A stretch of DNA of 64,000 nucleotides from positions 70,618,001-70,682,000 of the forward strand of contig OX597831.1 in the NCBI GenBank assembly GCA_951406725.2, in the 5' to 3' direction. This document shows positions 12,707 through 26,488 of this stretch, one piece after another; positions within the stretch are counted from its first letter, which is position 1, and each line of letters starts with the position of its first letter. This DNA comes from Octopus vulgaris (lineage: Eukaryota). The notes beneath the pieces were generated by a model. That model was not told the DNA's origin. It saw only the letters and a list, made by a program, of their open reading frames with translations, and did not search any database. The position numbers and the translations under genes are program-made.

Positions 12707-13062
12707 TACATACATACATACATACATACATACATACATACATACATACATACATACATACATACATACATACATACATACATACATTCATGCATACATA
12801 CATACATACATACGTACATGCATGCATATATACATACATACATACATACATAAATACATACATACATACATACATACATACATACATACATACATACATA
12901 CATACATACACATACACACACACATACATACATACATACATACATACATACATACATACATACATACATACATACATACATACATACATACATACATACA
13001 TACATACATACATACATACATACATACATACATACATACATACATACATACATACATACATT
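12707..13062. repeat. (TACA)n microsatellite
   Basis: Directly visible. Confidence 0.95.
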
Positions 13063-13626
13063 CATGAATACATGCATGCATGCATCAGAGATCAGCAAGA
13101 ATGTAAGGAAAAACATTTGTAATGTTTACCATGATTTGGAGAAGTTGTATATTCTCTTCATAGTGTTTTGAATGTGCTTTTGGTTCTGTTAAGGAGGCCA
13201 GGTTCTGATTTCCTCATTAGAGAATATTTACAAAGCTCTTTCAAAAACTTCATCAAGGAATATTTCCCTTGAAACAGCATTAAGTAGAGAAGTCAGAAAC
13301 TTGAAAGCATAACTGAACACTGAGGCACACCTTAACGAATGGGATGTGGAATCGAAAAGTTGCATTTGACATATTTTTTGCCCAACAAAATAATTTAACC
13401 CCACTCAGCCGATAGTATTAATATGTTATTTATCAACTTGATAAAAACCAATACTTTTACATCTTTGATTAAATATTGTTTTTTTCTTTTATATTTCATG
13501 TCTTGCTGAATCCTTTGAAACATTCAGGTGAGTAAATTACATTTCACTTTCTTTCTTAATTCTTACCACTGCAAGATTCACTTTCAGGATATACAAGCTT
13601 ACATGATACAGATTATATTTAGATAA

Positions 13627-13857
13627 AGGCGTCACCCTGGCAGAACCATTAGCATGCAGGGTGAAATGCGTAGCCGTATTTCATCTGCCATTACGTTCTG
13701 AGTTCAAATTCTGCCGAGGTCGACTTTGCCTTTCATCCTTTCGGGGTCGATAAATTAAGTACCAGTTACGCACTGGGGTCGATGTAATCGACTTAATTCG
13801 TTTGTCTTTCCTTGTTTGTCTCCTCTATGTTTAGCCCCTTGTGGGTAATAAAGAAAC
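13627..13857 (+). mobile_element. tRNA-derived SINE family B
   Basis: TGGCAGAA A box, GAGTTCAAATTC B box and GAGGTCGACTTTGCCTTTCATCC body. Imperfect TSD ATATTTA(G/C)ATAAA. Confidence 0.8.
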
Positions 13858-14319
13858 ATATTTACATAAAATATTTTAGTAAGACAAATATTTTGTTGAC
13901 AGATTGTCGGAATCGTAAGAGCATCAGATAATATTCCTTGCAATATTTAGGTTACAATTCTTATAACCCTGAGTGCATAGGTCAGCTTTACTTTATGTCC
14001 TTCTAGGGTCAATGATATAAAGTAGAAGTGAAGATCTAGGGTTAGTATTAGTGACTGTTCTCTTCACCAAATTCCCAACTTTGTACTGATGTAAGAAATT
14101 ATTAGTTTAAATGATGATAGAATTGCAGGTGTGTCAGACAAGATACCTTGCAGTATTTAGTTAAATTTCTTTTAATTCTGAATTGAAATGTTCACCAGGG
14201 TTTACCCTAACTTTCATCTTTCTAATAGGAAACGACAAAATTATCATGAGGGCTCACAGAAGAGAGGGAAAATTACTAAGTCAGAGAAGTAATTGTCAGA
14301 AATAGTCATGGGGTATTTA

Positions 14320-15186
14320 CAGTGACCTTTGAACTGCATTTTCATCTTGGGGAAGAGGTGGAAGTCCATGGGGTATAAATCTGGGGAATAGAGTGGGTGT
14401 GGAAGTGATATCATGTTGTTTTTGGAGAGAAACTCACAAGAGAGGAGAACTTGGTGACAGGGTGCATCGTCATTATGAAGGATCCAATTCTTCACCCTCC
14501 ACAGATCCAGTCACTTCTGCCAAATGTCCTCCTTCAAAATGCTGCAGTAGAACTTTCAATTGATGGTCTGGCCTTGAAGGACGAATTTTCGATGCATAAT
14601 ACCACAGATGTCGAAAAAAACGATGAATGAGCTGCAGCTCTGTTGTGCCTTCTTTGGTTGGGGAGATGACAACTGCTGCTTCACCTCAGGGTCGTACCCG
14701 TGGACCCAACTCTCATCACCAGTGATGATCCTTGACATGAAGGGTGGGTCATCAGCGGCACACTGATGGAAATCTTGACAGACTTCAATGCGATGTTCTT
14801 TCTGCTCAGTGGTAAGCAGGTAGGGGGCAAACTTGGCAAAGATATGTCGGATATTCACCTTGTGCCCATGCCACTCAAAACATTCTGTACGATCCATTGC
14901 CTTGTTGTCATAAGCTTGCCAAAACATGCTCAATGTCTCTGTAGCAGACTTCCAAAGTTTAAGGTAAAACTTCATGTTCGCTCTTTGTTTCAGCTTCCTG
15001 TCCATGACAAAATCGCATACAAGTGAGCACAAAACGCAAATTTCACAACTTGTGAAGTAAATACAGTGGTGTCAGTCAGCACATTGCCTCATGAAAGTCA
15101 CTGTTAGCTCTCACTGTGCACATATCTGTGCTGCCATCTGTTGGCATGCTCCAGAACTTGTCCAGGAACTTTCTGATCCCACCTCG
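14320..15186 (-). mobile_element. Decayed mariner element (third family), one TIR retained
   Basis: KQRANMKFYLKL, IITGDESWVHGYDPE, WILHNDDAPCH and YSPDLYPMDFHLFPKMK. The end reads TA-CGAGGTGGGATCAGAAAGTT on minus. Confidence 0.85.
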
Positions 15187-16960
15187 TATGCACTAATATT
15201 GGTTTCAAATTTTAGCACAAGGCCAGCAATTTGGGGGAGGAGGTAAGTCCATTGCACCAACCCTAGTTCTCAACTGGTGCTTATTTTACCAGCCCCAAAA
15301 GGAGGAAAGGCAAAGTTGACCTTGGCAGAATTTGAACTCAGAATGTAAAGACGGATGAAGAACTGCTAAGCATTTTACCTGTTGACGGTTCTGCCAGTTT
15401 GCTGTGTTAACATATACACTAATATGCAACCGTTAGATGGGACCTATAAGCATACAGTTGTGTATTTCAGGCAGCTTGTGGTTGTTTCCTATTTCCCAAA
15501 ATATATGTCAATAATTTTTTTATACCGATTCAAATGTAGATTGTTACCAGGAATATCATTGTTTTAACCAGAGTTCTTATAGTTGGTTAATTTATAAGAT
15601 ATGGCCGGGGGTAGAGTTTCTGATTGAGTTTCCATCAAAATAAAAAGAGAATAATAATTTTCGCAGTCCTTCTTCATTGTGTTTTGTGAACTTCAAGTAT
15701 TCGTTTCAATTGTATCATCATAGTTATTGTCGTCATCTTTGTCTTCATCAATGCTATCCTCACAACTGCCATCATCATCATCTTTCCTTTTGTCATCATC
15801 ATCATTCTCAGCAGCAGCAGCAGCAACACTACACCAAAAAACACCACCGACCCTACCGTCAGTACCGTGTTTGGAAATCTTTGTGTCCTGGATAGGAGTA
15901 ATCAGACCAATGCTAAGAGCTTCTTTAGATATTGAAGAGATAATCAATCCTACTTCATACTAATCATTCTACTGAATGAAAATTTTAAATAAATATCTTT
16001 TGCTAAAGGCAAACAAACCAGTAGTAGTAGTAGTAGTAGCACTAGCAGCAGCAGCCGCAATGATTTCTTGTTTTAACTGCAAGTGCAATGAAGACAACAC
16101 AAACATTACAAGTAAATTTCATTAAACAAATATGAATATAAAATAGGCTATAATGTATTTATATCAACACAAATGATTTGACAAATATTTATTTTTTCTG
16201 ATAGGGGGGTTGGTTAGCTGGGAAAGCACCTCTATTCACCTGTCAAATCTGCTGTCATTCCCACGAGAACAAGTAGTTATTGATAAGCCCTCAACAATTT
16301 GTCCTTTGTCTTTAGACACTCTGTTACAGGTATCTTCTGCCACCCACTCAATTCAAGTTTCACTCAACAGGTGTTGCACAATACATGATTAGCAGAACAA
16401 ATGTGTCCTGATCATATTTTCAATGCTCAAAAATCACAGCAACCTAGTATCTCATATCAAACTTCATAGATAGAATTCTTATGATCTACAGCATGTTGAA
16501 TTGCTTTGTTTTAGAGTAAAAAATGGGCTAACAGCAAATATTCTGCTCAATACCACAGATTTGCTTGTCAGTTGTTTGACCTTAACCAGTTGACCATGTC
16601 CCTGGGGTGGCTGACGATATGTGCATCTCTGATCACAAGCAGAAGTAGTGGGGGAGCATCATAGCCATGTGTTGAGAGGGATTATTTGGGGTTTGGATAA
16701 TTCACCTCTAGAAACATGGGAGTTTCTTTCAACCTTCTTAAACAACTCTTATTCAGGGACCTTTTGAGTGGGATGGGCTACTCATCCAAAAGAAAATTCT
16801 AACTGGGCTCCGCCTGCAAGGTCATTCCATTTATCTTGATATGAGATGATCATGTCATGCACATATGGTTGTGACACATGTGCTGCTCTCTCACTCAATA
16901 ATAATAATAACAACAATAATAATAATAAAAATAATAATAATAATAACAACAACATAATCA

Positions 16961-17196
16961 TCATCCTCATCATCGTTTAACGTCCGCTTTCCATGCTGGC
17001 ATGGGTTGGACGGTTCAACTGGGGTCTGGGAAGCCAAAAGGCAGTCTGATCTGGCAGTGTTTCTACAGCTGGATGCCCTTCCTAACGCCAACCACTCCGT
17101 GAGTGTAATGGGTGTTTTTATGTGCCACCGGCACAGGTGCCAGACGAGGCTGGCAAACAGCCACGATCGGATGGTGCTTTTTACGTGCCACCTGCA
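16961..17196 (-). mobile_element. RTE-type LINE 3' UTR remnant
   Basis: Matches 2415-2826 and 54480-54917 in reverse. Confidence 0.7.
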
Positions 17197-18118
17197 CAAT
17201 AATAATAATAATAATAATAATAAGAAGAAGAAGAAGAAGAAGAAGAAAAAAAAACACATTACTTAGCTGGTACCTTATCACCCCAAAACAAATGATGTCA
17301 ACCTCAGTGGGATACAAGTGAACAGCACAAGGCATTTTCTTCGATGCTTTACTAATTCTGTCAAGCTATCATTCTCTAAGATGCACACATAAGGCCAACT
17401 TCTAAAGGTGGGGGTAGAGTGGGCTGTCGTAAAAATAATGACAATAATCTTATCCTTACAAACAAAATATATAGCACTAATAACATGTAACACATTGGAG
17501 ACAATTACTATGAAAGAATGAAATTACTCTATCCCAAGATGCACTGGACTGGTATTGATTTTGTGGTAACAACACAACTGCAGGAATAAGACTACAAGTA
17601 ATAATAACAGTTTTTATTCAGCTAGATATTGAACATTTACTTTTTTTTTTATACTGCATATAATAACACCATCAGTATGTTTAATTATTCTTAGATTTTA
17701 AAGGTCAGACCGATTAATTCCCTTTATTAATATTCTCATTCTCCTCTGGCATCAAATTCCACCACACATAATTATTTAATTGATTTAAATTTTCTTATAA
17801 TTTTCTTCTCACTGCTAAATTTTTCCAATTTGGCAGATAATTTCTTTACTACTTTCATTCACAGATTTCAAGTGAATTTGTTGATTGTTCTCTGATGAAT
17901 ATCAAAGAACAATATTGCCTTTCGTTTTTTTTTTTGTGTTTTTTTTTTGTTTTTTTTTTTTGAAAATTTTTAAAATATGTGACAGAGAGAAAGAGAAAGA
18001 GAAAAATTATTTTGCAGAAGAGCAAAGTTCTTAGAGTGAATATAGCTATTATTGATGGAGACATGTTACTTGTATAAGATTAGTTTAGAATCTTCTAATT
18101 AAAATCTATACTACTAGA

Positions 18119-18527
18119 GGCATAGGAGTGGCTGTGTGGTAAGTAGCTTGTTTACCAACCACATGGTTCCGGGTTCAGTCCCACTGCGTGGCACCTTGGG
18201 CAAGTGTCTTCTGCTATAGCCTCGGGCCGACCAAAGCCTTGTGAGTGGATTTGGTAGACGGAAACTGAAAGAAGCCCGTCGTATATATATATATATATAT
18301 GCGTGTGTGTCTTTGTGTGTCTGTGTTTGTCCCCCTAGCATTGCTTGACAACCGATGCTGGTGTGTTTATGTCCCCCGTTACTTAGCGGTTCGGCAAAAG
18401 AGACCGATAGAATAAGTACTGGGCTTACAAAAGAATAAGTCCTGGGGTCGAGTTGCTTGATTAAAGGCGGTGCTCCAGCATGGCCACAATCAAATGACTG
18501 AAACTAGTAAAAGAGTAAAAGAGAGAG
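18119..18527 (+). mobile_element. SINE family A, full length
   Basis: Near-identical to 62511-62924. Confidence 0.85.
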
Positions 18528-19279
18528 TACAATAAGTAAACTTTAACAATCTCAAATTTGAAATTTCCTGCTCTTTGCATTTTAAGTTCAAATCCCACCA
18601 CAGTCAATTTTGCTTTCCATTCTTCCACGATCAGTAAAATAAAATGCCAGTCAAATATTTAAGCCAGTTTAACTGGATTACACTTCCCCTCCAATTTCTG
18701 GTCCTGTACCTATATTATAGACATTATTATTATTACCGATTTCAAATTTTGGCACAAAGCCATCAAGTCTGTGGGAGGTGTAAGTGGATTACATTGACCC
18801 CAGTGTTTAACTGGTACTTATTTTATCAACACCAAAAGGATGAGAGGCAAAGTCAACCCAAGTGGCATTTGAACCCAGAATGTAAAGACAGATGAATCAC
18901 CACTAGGCATTTTGTCTGGCATGCTAACAATTCTGCCAGTTTGCAACCTTAGACATTATTATTATTAATTATCGGAATTATTAGTATGTCAGACAAAATA
19001 CTTTGCAATATTTCATTACATTCTGAGTTCAGATCCCATCACTGTCAAACTTTACCTTTCGACCTTTCAGGATTAATTAAATGAAATACCAGTCAAGTAA
19101 ATCGTATCCACTAGCCCCTTCTCCCAGATTTCAGGTTTTGTGCCTATATTAGAAAGATTTATAATTACCATTGTTCTTGTTTAGCATAGCACCTTTCCTG
19201 GGAGATATAGAGAGGTAACAAATGTCAGCTGTTCACAATCAGTGGACTAAAGTAACACTGCATTCAGATTTTGAGAACT

Positions 19280-19800
19280 TTGCTGAAGATTCTTGAAGTT
19301 CTAAGCAAAGCTATTTTTCTGTAGATGCTCTATTTTCACATTTATTTCTATCGTTTTTGTGAACTTGGTACTTATAATTCCCAAGGCCTCATCAGCAACA
19401 GACTCAATGCTCACCTTCTTAAAATCTTCTTTTATATCCCACTTCAAATTATATCTGACCAGTTTCATCTTTTCTCTTTCTAATACTTTGTCATCACCAA
19501 CGCTTGCAATATCTATTATTAAACAGGTTTTTTGCATCTTTATTCAAAGCCACTATATATCTGGCTTCTGATGTTCAATTTCATGACCCCATTGAATCAT
19601 TATATCCCTTAGTATCTCTACCTTGTCATTCTCAATTGGCCACACAACATCTTTATTCTGTCCAGTCCATGCTTGCCACACACCGCCCCATAAAATATTC
19701 TTGCTACATTATCACATCGTCTTTGTGTTCATTTTGGGACAGCTTTTTGCTTTCATCCACAATATGCTAAACTGTATCATTTTTGTGACTAATCACTTCC
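19280..19800 (-). mobile_element. Decayed RLE endonuclease region of a non-LTR retrotransposon
   Basis: KTCLIIDIASVGDDKVLEREKMKLVRYNLKWDIK resembles the IID...D......E.EK..KY RLE motif. Confidence 0.65.
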
Positions 19801-20150
19801 TGCTGTGACACAGGACAACAAATGGCCAGAGGATGGTTTATTTTTGTCCTTTTACATTCTTAGTTCAAATACTACTTTACTTTCCATTCTTTCAGGTTCT
19901 CTCAGACAGTACCAGTCAAATATTAGAAGTAATTTGGTCAATTGTTCTTTCTCCAAATGTTTGTATCCAAGCGAATGTTGGAAACAATGATTATTATGGT
20001 GGAAGGTAGTATGTAAGACATCTTATTCATGGAAAGCATTCATTTCAAATCTTTAATTATGCTGAGGGTAAAAATGTCTCATTAAAACAATAAGAGCAAA
20101 ATAATACATTTTGTTGAACTCACTACTTCAATAAACCATGTGTGTGTGCA

Positions 20151-20183
<33 letters not shown>

Positions 20184-20655
20184 TAGAGAGACCGTGAGAG
20201 AGAGAGAGAGAGAGAGACCGAGAGAGAGAGAGAGAGAGGGTAAGCAACTGTAATTGGTATTCCACGACTTAGAGAAAACCTTCAAAAGATTCCTTCACTC
20301 TTTGGCCTGGAGGTCAAAGCAGAAGCTAAGAATAGATGAATGGTCTGTGAAAGTTTTACAAGCTATACAAAGAGTTGTTGTCATTAAAGTGAGAGTTAGC
20401 AAAGAGTACAGCAATGAATTTAGACTAAATCTAGGAGTTTACGAAGACTCAGTTCTCAATCCTCTCCCAGTCATCATATTCCTCCTGACTGAAAAAGAGG
20501 AGAGTAAGCAGAAAAACAGACAAGACACTACTCCTTTCAGTAACATGGATCTACTCAATAAGAAGAAGAGGTGTGTAGATGGATACTAGTTACTTGGTGC
20601 AAACGATGTCCACACAAGATGTGCAGTGGAATCATAGGAAGATTAACCGAGAAAG

Positions 20656-21234
20656 ATAAACCACTTCCACCTCAGGTGTCTTTGGAACCTCCTTCACATC
20701 TGCTGGCAGGACAAAGTCCCAGACACGGAAGTTCTGAAGCAGGCAGATCTCCCTAGCACCATCACGATCATGCGCAAGGCCCAGCTGAGATGGGCAGGCC
20801 ACGTCTCCCGCATGTCCGACACTCGCATCCCAAAACAGCTCTTCTACGGTGAACTCAGCCAGGGCAAATGCAAAGTCGGAGAGCAGAAGAAGCGCTTCAA
20901 GGACAGTCTCAAAGTCTCTCTCAAAGACTTCTCCATCGGCACAGAGACTTGGGAGACACTTGCTGCCGACTGCTCATCCTGGCGCATCGCAATCACCACA
21001 GGAGCAAAGACAGCCGAGGGGAGACGGATTCAGTCAGCAGAACAGAAACGCCAGATGCGGAAAGCCAGAGCCACCTGCACTAATAGCACAGCCCCTACCC
21101 ACTTCTGCCCCACTTGTGGTAGCGGCTTTTTTGCCCGGATTGGCCTCACCAGCCACCTCCGGTCTCATAGCAGCAATTCCACCAAATGATGTCAATGGTC
21201 ATCTTCGAACCCGAAGGACGAACATTATTATTAC
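20656..21234 (+). mobile_element. 5'-truncated RTE LINE with C-terminal C2H2-like finger, 11-bp TSD
   Basis: ORF 20770..21189 has LRWAGHVSRM..RIPKQLFYGEL..CPTCG..IGLTSHLRSH. TSD AACCGAGAAAG at 20645-20655 and 21235-21245. Confidence 0.9.
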
Positions 21235-21486
21235 AACCGAGAAAGTAGACTTTGCATGTGGCAGATATGCAGGAATGATAAATACTAAAAACACAAAGGG
21301 AATAGACTTTCTTGCATGTTCAGGAAGATAACTTCAGGTTGTAGAAATGTTTTGTTACATTAGTAATCGAATTAGAAGAGATGGATGATCTGAAGGTATA
21401 GATGCTAAAATAAGAACTAACTGAAAAAATTTCAGAGAACAATTACTCTTGATGGTAAAAGCAGAAGGAAAGGTAAATCGTATGAT

Positions 21487-21912
21487 CAGGGCTGGATTAG
21501 GACCCATCGAAACCCTAAGCCCTTAAAAGATTTTGGTGTCCCCCATAAAAGATTATGTAATTCAAAATATAAACAATAACAAACCATAAAATAAAATTTT
21601 ATTTTTCGAGATGAAACAAAACAGTAAGAGGGAAAATAATGTTTATTTTTGTCTACTTCCACTTAATTTATATTTGAAAAGTTTTCTCTTACTTTTTTGA
21701 ATTGCAAAGTCTTTGATCAGATCCTCAAAATTAATCTTAAGTAACACATCTACATCTATCTTTAGTAGAGATAAAGGTATCCCGAATATTATTTTAGCAA
21801 GTTTAAAGTGATTTATTCTGTGCCATAAACCATTTACCATTACTGTGGTGCCCCCTCCTTCCCTTGATGCCCTAAGCACGTGCTTGTTTTACTTAATGGT
21901 TAATCCAGTGAT
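21487..21912 (-). mobile_element. Non-autonomous hAT derivative
   Basis: Ends CAGGGCTGGATTA / TAATCCAG. Minus frame LSLLKIDVDVLLKINFEDLIKDFAIQKSKR resembles a hAT transposase C-terminus. Confidence 0.65.
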
Positions 21913-22685
21913 GCTTGTGTACCAACAACAGACAGAATACATGTGAAAACTTGAAAGAAACTAAGCTAGCTTGTATTGTTTGCATTATCAGTAGGCATGT
22001 ACAGCGAAGTGCAAATGTGTTAAGAGAAAAACTAGGCATAAGTGGAACTGGATGTGGTGTGCAAAAGAGAAGACTGTGCTAGTATGGTCATGTGATTTAT
22101 ATGAATGAAAAAGCTGCATAAAGAGATGCTGATTTCTAAATGTTTATGAAACCTGCAGGAGAGGGAGACTCAGGAAGAAGCAGGACAAAGCAGTGAAGAC
22201 TAACCTCAGAATGTGAAGTCTTGTGAAAATGATAAAGTTCTGAGATCATTGATGATTCACTGTGCTTGAGAAGATCCACACATCACAGCAAGAGTGAGGT
22301 CCCATATGCATTCATCATCATCATCATCATTTAGCGTCCGTTTTCCATGCTAGCATGGGTTGGACGGTTCTGCTGGGGTCTGTGAAGCCAGAAGGCTTCA
22401 TCAGGCCCAGTCAAATCTGGCAGTGTTTCTACGGCTAGCTGGCATTATGCTTATATTTATATATACTGAGCCCTGACCCTGTACCCAGTCTGTCCCTCTC
22501 AAGCCTTCTTCACTTCTCATCTTCTTAACATCCATCCCTCTATCATGCTTCTAATAACAGTACTATTTAGCTCCTGTATTTATTTGCAAGCAAAACTACA
22601 CTTACTTCATCCACTTCTGTGCTACCAGTAATCCCTCTTCTTTGGAACCATTTCCTTTTCACATCAACCCTTCATTCTTCATATC

Positions 22686-22918
22686 TATTTCTTTACTACC
22701 CACAAGGGGCTAAACACAGAGGGGACAAACAAGGACAGACAAAGAGACTGAGTCGATTACATCGACCCCTGTGCGTAACTGGTACTTATTTAATCGACCC
22801 CGAAAGGATGAAAGGCAAAGTCGACCTCGTCGGAATTCGAACTCAGAACGTAACGGCAGACGAAATACTGCTAAGCATTTCGTCCGGTGTGCTAACGTTT
22901 CTGCCAGCTCGCCACCTC
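22686..22918 (-). mobile_element. SINE family B with 13-bp TSD
   Basis: TSD CATTCTTCATATC at 22673-22685 and 22919-22931. Confidence 0.85.
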
Positions 22919-24077
22919 CATTCTTCATATCATCCCTTCCCACTATATTTTCTATTAATCACCCACTTTGTGCCACCAGTTATCACTCTCTTTCCCCTGA
23001 GCTACATCTTATGACTTCCCATAGCTCATTCATAACACCCTATCACATCAGCTCTCATTCTCAATACCTTCTCTTCTTGATGATTGATAGCCCACCATCA
23101 CCTTTGTCTGCCACCCTCTATATCCAACCCTACACAATTCCGACCTTCACCCCTGTTACTATACATCACCACCCACTCACTGCATATCTTCTTCCTGTTT
23201 TCTGATCTATCTACAATTTTCTTATACTGCTCCTTTCTACCCACTTTGTACTGCTACCTACCACCTCCTCATTTCCTGAATCTCTAACATCTTCTTTCAT
23301 CTACCCCAACCATACATACACTCTTCTTCACCATCCACTACACACACCTCTACCCCATTTCTAACCACCTGTCACTCTTTTTTCACACTCTTATGAACTT
23401 TACCATCCATCCTACACAATCCTCTATCTGTATTCTCTCTTAAGCTCACCATTTTGTACCTTGAGTGTGTACTCAGGTACCTTTCCACTTGCATCGTTAT
23501 TTCTCTTTTCAGTTACTCCTAGCCATCCTTATATAATGCAGGGTCACTCTGAATCTTCTCTTCTGAAAGACACCTGCTGCCCTACATTACTTCTTGCTCA
23601 ACTACATCTCTAATCAGTCAAGGGAGCTTTTTTTTTATATGCAAATTACTCTGCAACTTCACTCATATTAGTGTCATGAAGATAAAGCACTCACTACACA
23701 CTACAATGTGGTTAGTATCAGGATGGGCATTCAGTGATAGAAATCATGCCAAAACAGACATTGGCAATTTATGCAGTCTTGCAGCTCATTGGATCCTGTA
23801 GAACTGTCCAACTCACACAAGCATGAAAAGTAGACTTTAAATAACTATGATGAAGATGATGATGCCAGTGGCAGTATATATATATATATATCGAAATACA
23901 AGAGTAGAAAAACAGCCAACAACTGATGAAGGGTCGTTCTTTATGTTGTTTGTCTTGTTTTCCCTTTGTGTCTTTTGTTGTTCAAAATAGTTCATATTCC
24001 ATGTACTCATACTTCACATTTTTTGTTGTACATGTTTCATGATGTCCTGTGCCCACATTTACATATATATATATATA

Positions 24078-24590
24078 CTAGCAGTATCACCCGGCGTTGC
24101 TTGGCTTTGTAAGGGAAATAACTATATAAGCATTTTTAGAGATTTACTTCCCTTATAGATGCCAATTCGGGCTTTCTTAACCATTTCTGTTTTGGTGTCT
24201 TCAAGCCATGAAGTCGTTGTTCTAAAAGAACGCTGGTCTCCTTGACAACGCTTTACGACGTTGATTTCCTTACACTCCCTTCCCCACAGCTTCACGAGGG
24301 AGGGAATAAGGGGAAGAAGCAAACAGGTGCAGGTGTGACCATGGACGCCAACTCTGCCGCCATCGACACACGAAAAATTATGCATTAAAATGGAATAAAA
24401 AATGATGTTAAATTATTTTTAAAATCGTAGACTCATCGTAGACGCGCGCTAATATTCAGACAGGCTCGATATGAATCACGACTATAAGATACCCAAATTT
24501 AGTTAAACTGCATCGCAAAATGTGGGAGTAGTTAGGAATCTAAATCGAAGGGGACAGACACTCACACAACTACAGTTTTATATATATAGA
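24078..24590 (-). mobile_element. Non-autonomous Helitron-like element
   Basis: Minus strand starts TCTATATATATAAAA and ends with a GC-rich hairpin (GCAACGCCGGG) plus CTAG. It is inserted between A and T with no TSD. Confidence 0.7.
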
Positions 24591-24671
24591 TATATATATA
24601 TATATGTACCGATGTAAGTATGTACATACACGTATGTATATATGCATATATATATATGTATATAGATATAT

Positions 24672-24930
24672 ATATATTAATGGGGAAGGTCGATTTATGG
24701 GATTGCTGTGACTTTCCCATCCATAAAGAGTTTAGCTTTATGACATATCATTAGACCCCAAAACCTGCTGGCTCACAGGTTTTGGGGTCTGACGATATGC
24801 TATTAAGCTAAACCCATTATGGATGGGAAACCCATGGCAATCTCATAAACCTGCCTTCCCCATTAATATATAATCTGCTCTACATCTTAGAGTGTGCTTC
24901 TTCTCAGGATTTATGTTTTATACAAACGAT
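24672..24930 (+). repeat. (TA)n-flanked imperfect fold-back with about 96-bp arms plus tail
   Basis: 24672-24767 pairs with 24776-24871, with an 8-nt loop. Confidence 0.8.
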
Positions 24931-24940
24931 ATATATATAT

Positions 24941-25479
24941 TAGAAATATTGAATTTCTAAATGTCTCAGAGAGACATAAGCGGTGGTGGAACGATATAGT
25001 GGTCATATACTGTCAACTCAATGTGACAGTCCCATAAGGGAATTATACCACCACCATTTAGCCCTAGGAAACATCAATGTCTCCTGTCGGCTTTGACACA
25101 TTTTCTCTGCCCTTATATTTGCAAAGGGGAGGCAATCACCCCCGCAAGCCGGGACAAGGCACCTGAAGACATATGTTTCTGAGTGTATTGCTCATCGTCA
25201 GTTCAGGGTAGCCAGTCTCGCTCGCTGAGATGACTGCAACCTCTCTGTAAATATATCATATTATCAGTAAAATTTAGTTACTGATCACCGAAATTAGAAA
25301 TATAAGAAGACAGAATATAAGAACAAATATAAAGCAAATATAAGGACACAAAAAATAAGGTAAATATAAGGACACAGAAAATGTGTCAAAGCCGACAGGA
25401 GACGTTGATGTTTCCTAGGGCTATATAGCGGTGGTGTAATTCCCTTACGGGACTGTCACATTGAGTTGACTGTATATAC

Positions 25480-25485
<6 letters not shown>
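24941..25485 (-). mobile_element. Penelope-like truncated insertion with inverted arm and hammerhead
   Basis: About 24995-25120 is inverted at about 25360-25485. It has (TA)n flanks and an internal HHR motif. Confidence 0.75.
25162..25207 (-). ncRNA. Minimal type I hammerhead ribozyme, intact core
   Basis: ccugaa CUGACGA ugag-caauaca-cuca GAAAC auau GUC^ uucagg. Stems I and II pair fully and stem III is palindromic. Confidence 0.85.
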
Positions 25486-25518
<33 letters not shown>

Positions 25519-26488
25519 CATACATACACTAGTTTCAAGAATTTGTCAGTAAACATTATCTGTCCATGAACGCACAGACTTACTAATGAAGACACCAAGG
25601 TCAACTTTGCTTTTCATCCTTTCAGATCGATAAATTAAGTACCAATTGCATACTGGGGTCGATCTAATCGACTGGTCCCCTCTCCCAAAAATTTCGGTCC
25701 TTGTGCCTAGAGTAGAAAATATATATATATATAAATTTAAGTGTATTTTGTATTCTTTGTGAGTGTGTGTGTGTGTGTATACACACATACACTTTCAGCT
25801 TCCTTTCATGTGTGTGTGTGTAAATAGTGCAATATATAGATTCATAAAATCCTATGGTAACTGAAATTATTACATGCTTATGGTTGTGAAAAGACTGGCA
25901 TCCTACGGATATCAAGAGGTTAAATAAATATATTCACCTCTTATATCTCCTGACTTATGATCTCTCTCTCTCTCACTCTCTCTCTCTCTGTATATATGTA
26001 TATATATACATTCCAATGTACATTATCAATCAAAAGTCTATAGTACACAGAAGATATCTATTTTTTTTTTTAGTTTTTCTAAAACAATATTTTTGTTGAA
26101 ATTAAACAATTTGTTGTATTCAAGCTTTTTAAAAATCGATGTAATTCCTCTATCCATAGACAAAATATAGTAATAAATTCTAGCATGATTATCTTGAACA
26201 TTCTTTAAATCCTTCACATACCATTAGCAAGCTTTTCTGACTGTAAGAACTCCAAATTGCTCGTATTCTTCCTGAATTGCTGTAATTAAAGATAACTTGG
26301 TTTAAAAAATTTCTTGAAATTCAGCTCTGATTTAATGATCGATCATAAATATTTAGTAGGTTCATGTCTGGAGTCTGTCCATGTGAATGAAATTATCAAT
26401 TTCATGATTTTCAAGAAATTATTTCTCTTACTCAGCAGAATGAACAGGAGTATTATCCTGTTGTTATATGGCCTGTCTGGAAGGTTTG

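Larger units (their letters stand above)
20250..22280 (+). mobile_element. Old RTE-type LINE fragment interrupted by two nested insertions
   Basis: DLEKTF...GVYEDSVLNPL, WCKRCPHKMCSGIIGRLTEK|VDFACGR and later GHV..M / GRLRK remnants. Confidence 0.6.

Noticed and set aside
13140-13370. Unique-looking sequence with short open frames
   Set aside because: Stops occur in all frames and there is no recognisable motif.
15677-15963. Short ORFs on both strands with acidic or Ser/His/Gln runs
   Set aside because: They are driven by (CAT)/(CAG) repeats. The best minus acceptor leads to stops in all frames and no consistent exon could be built.
23890-24060. CTGATGA in a TA-flanked insert
   Set aside because: There is no downstream GAAA/UH with pairing stems.
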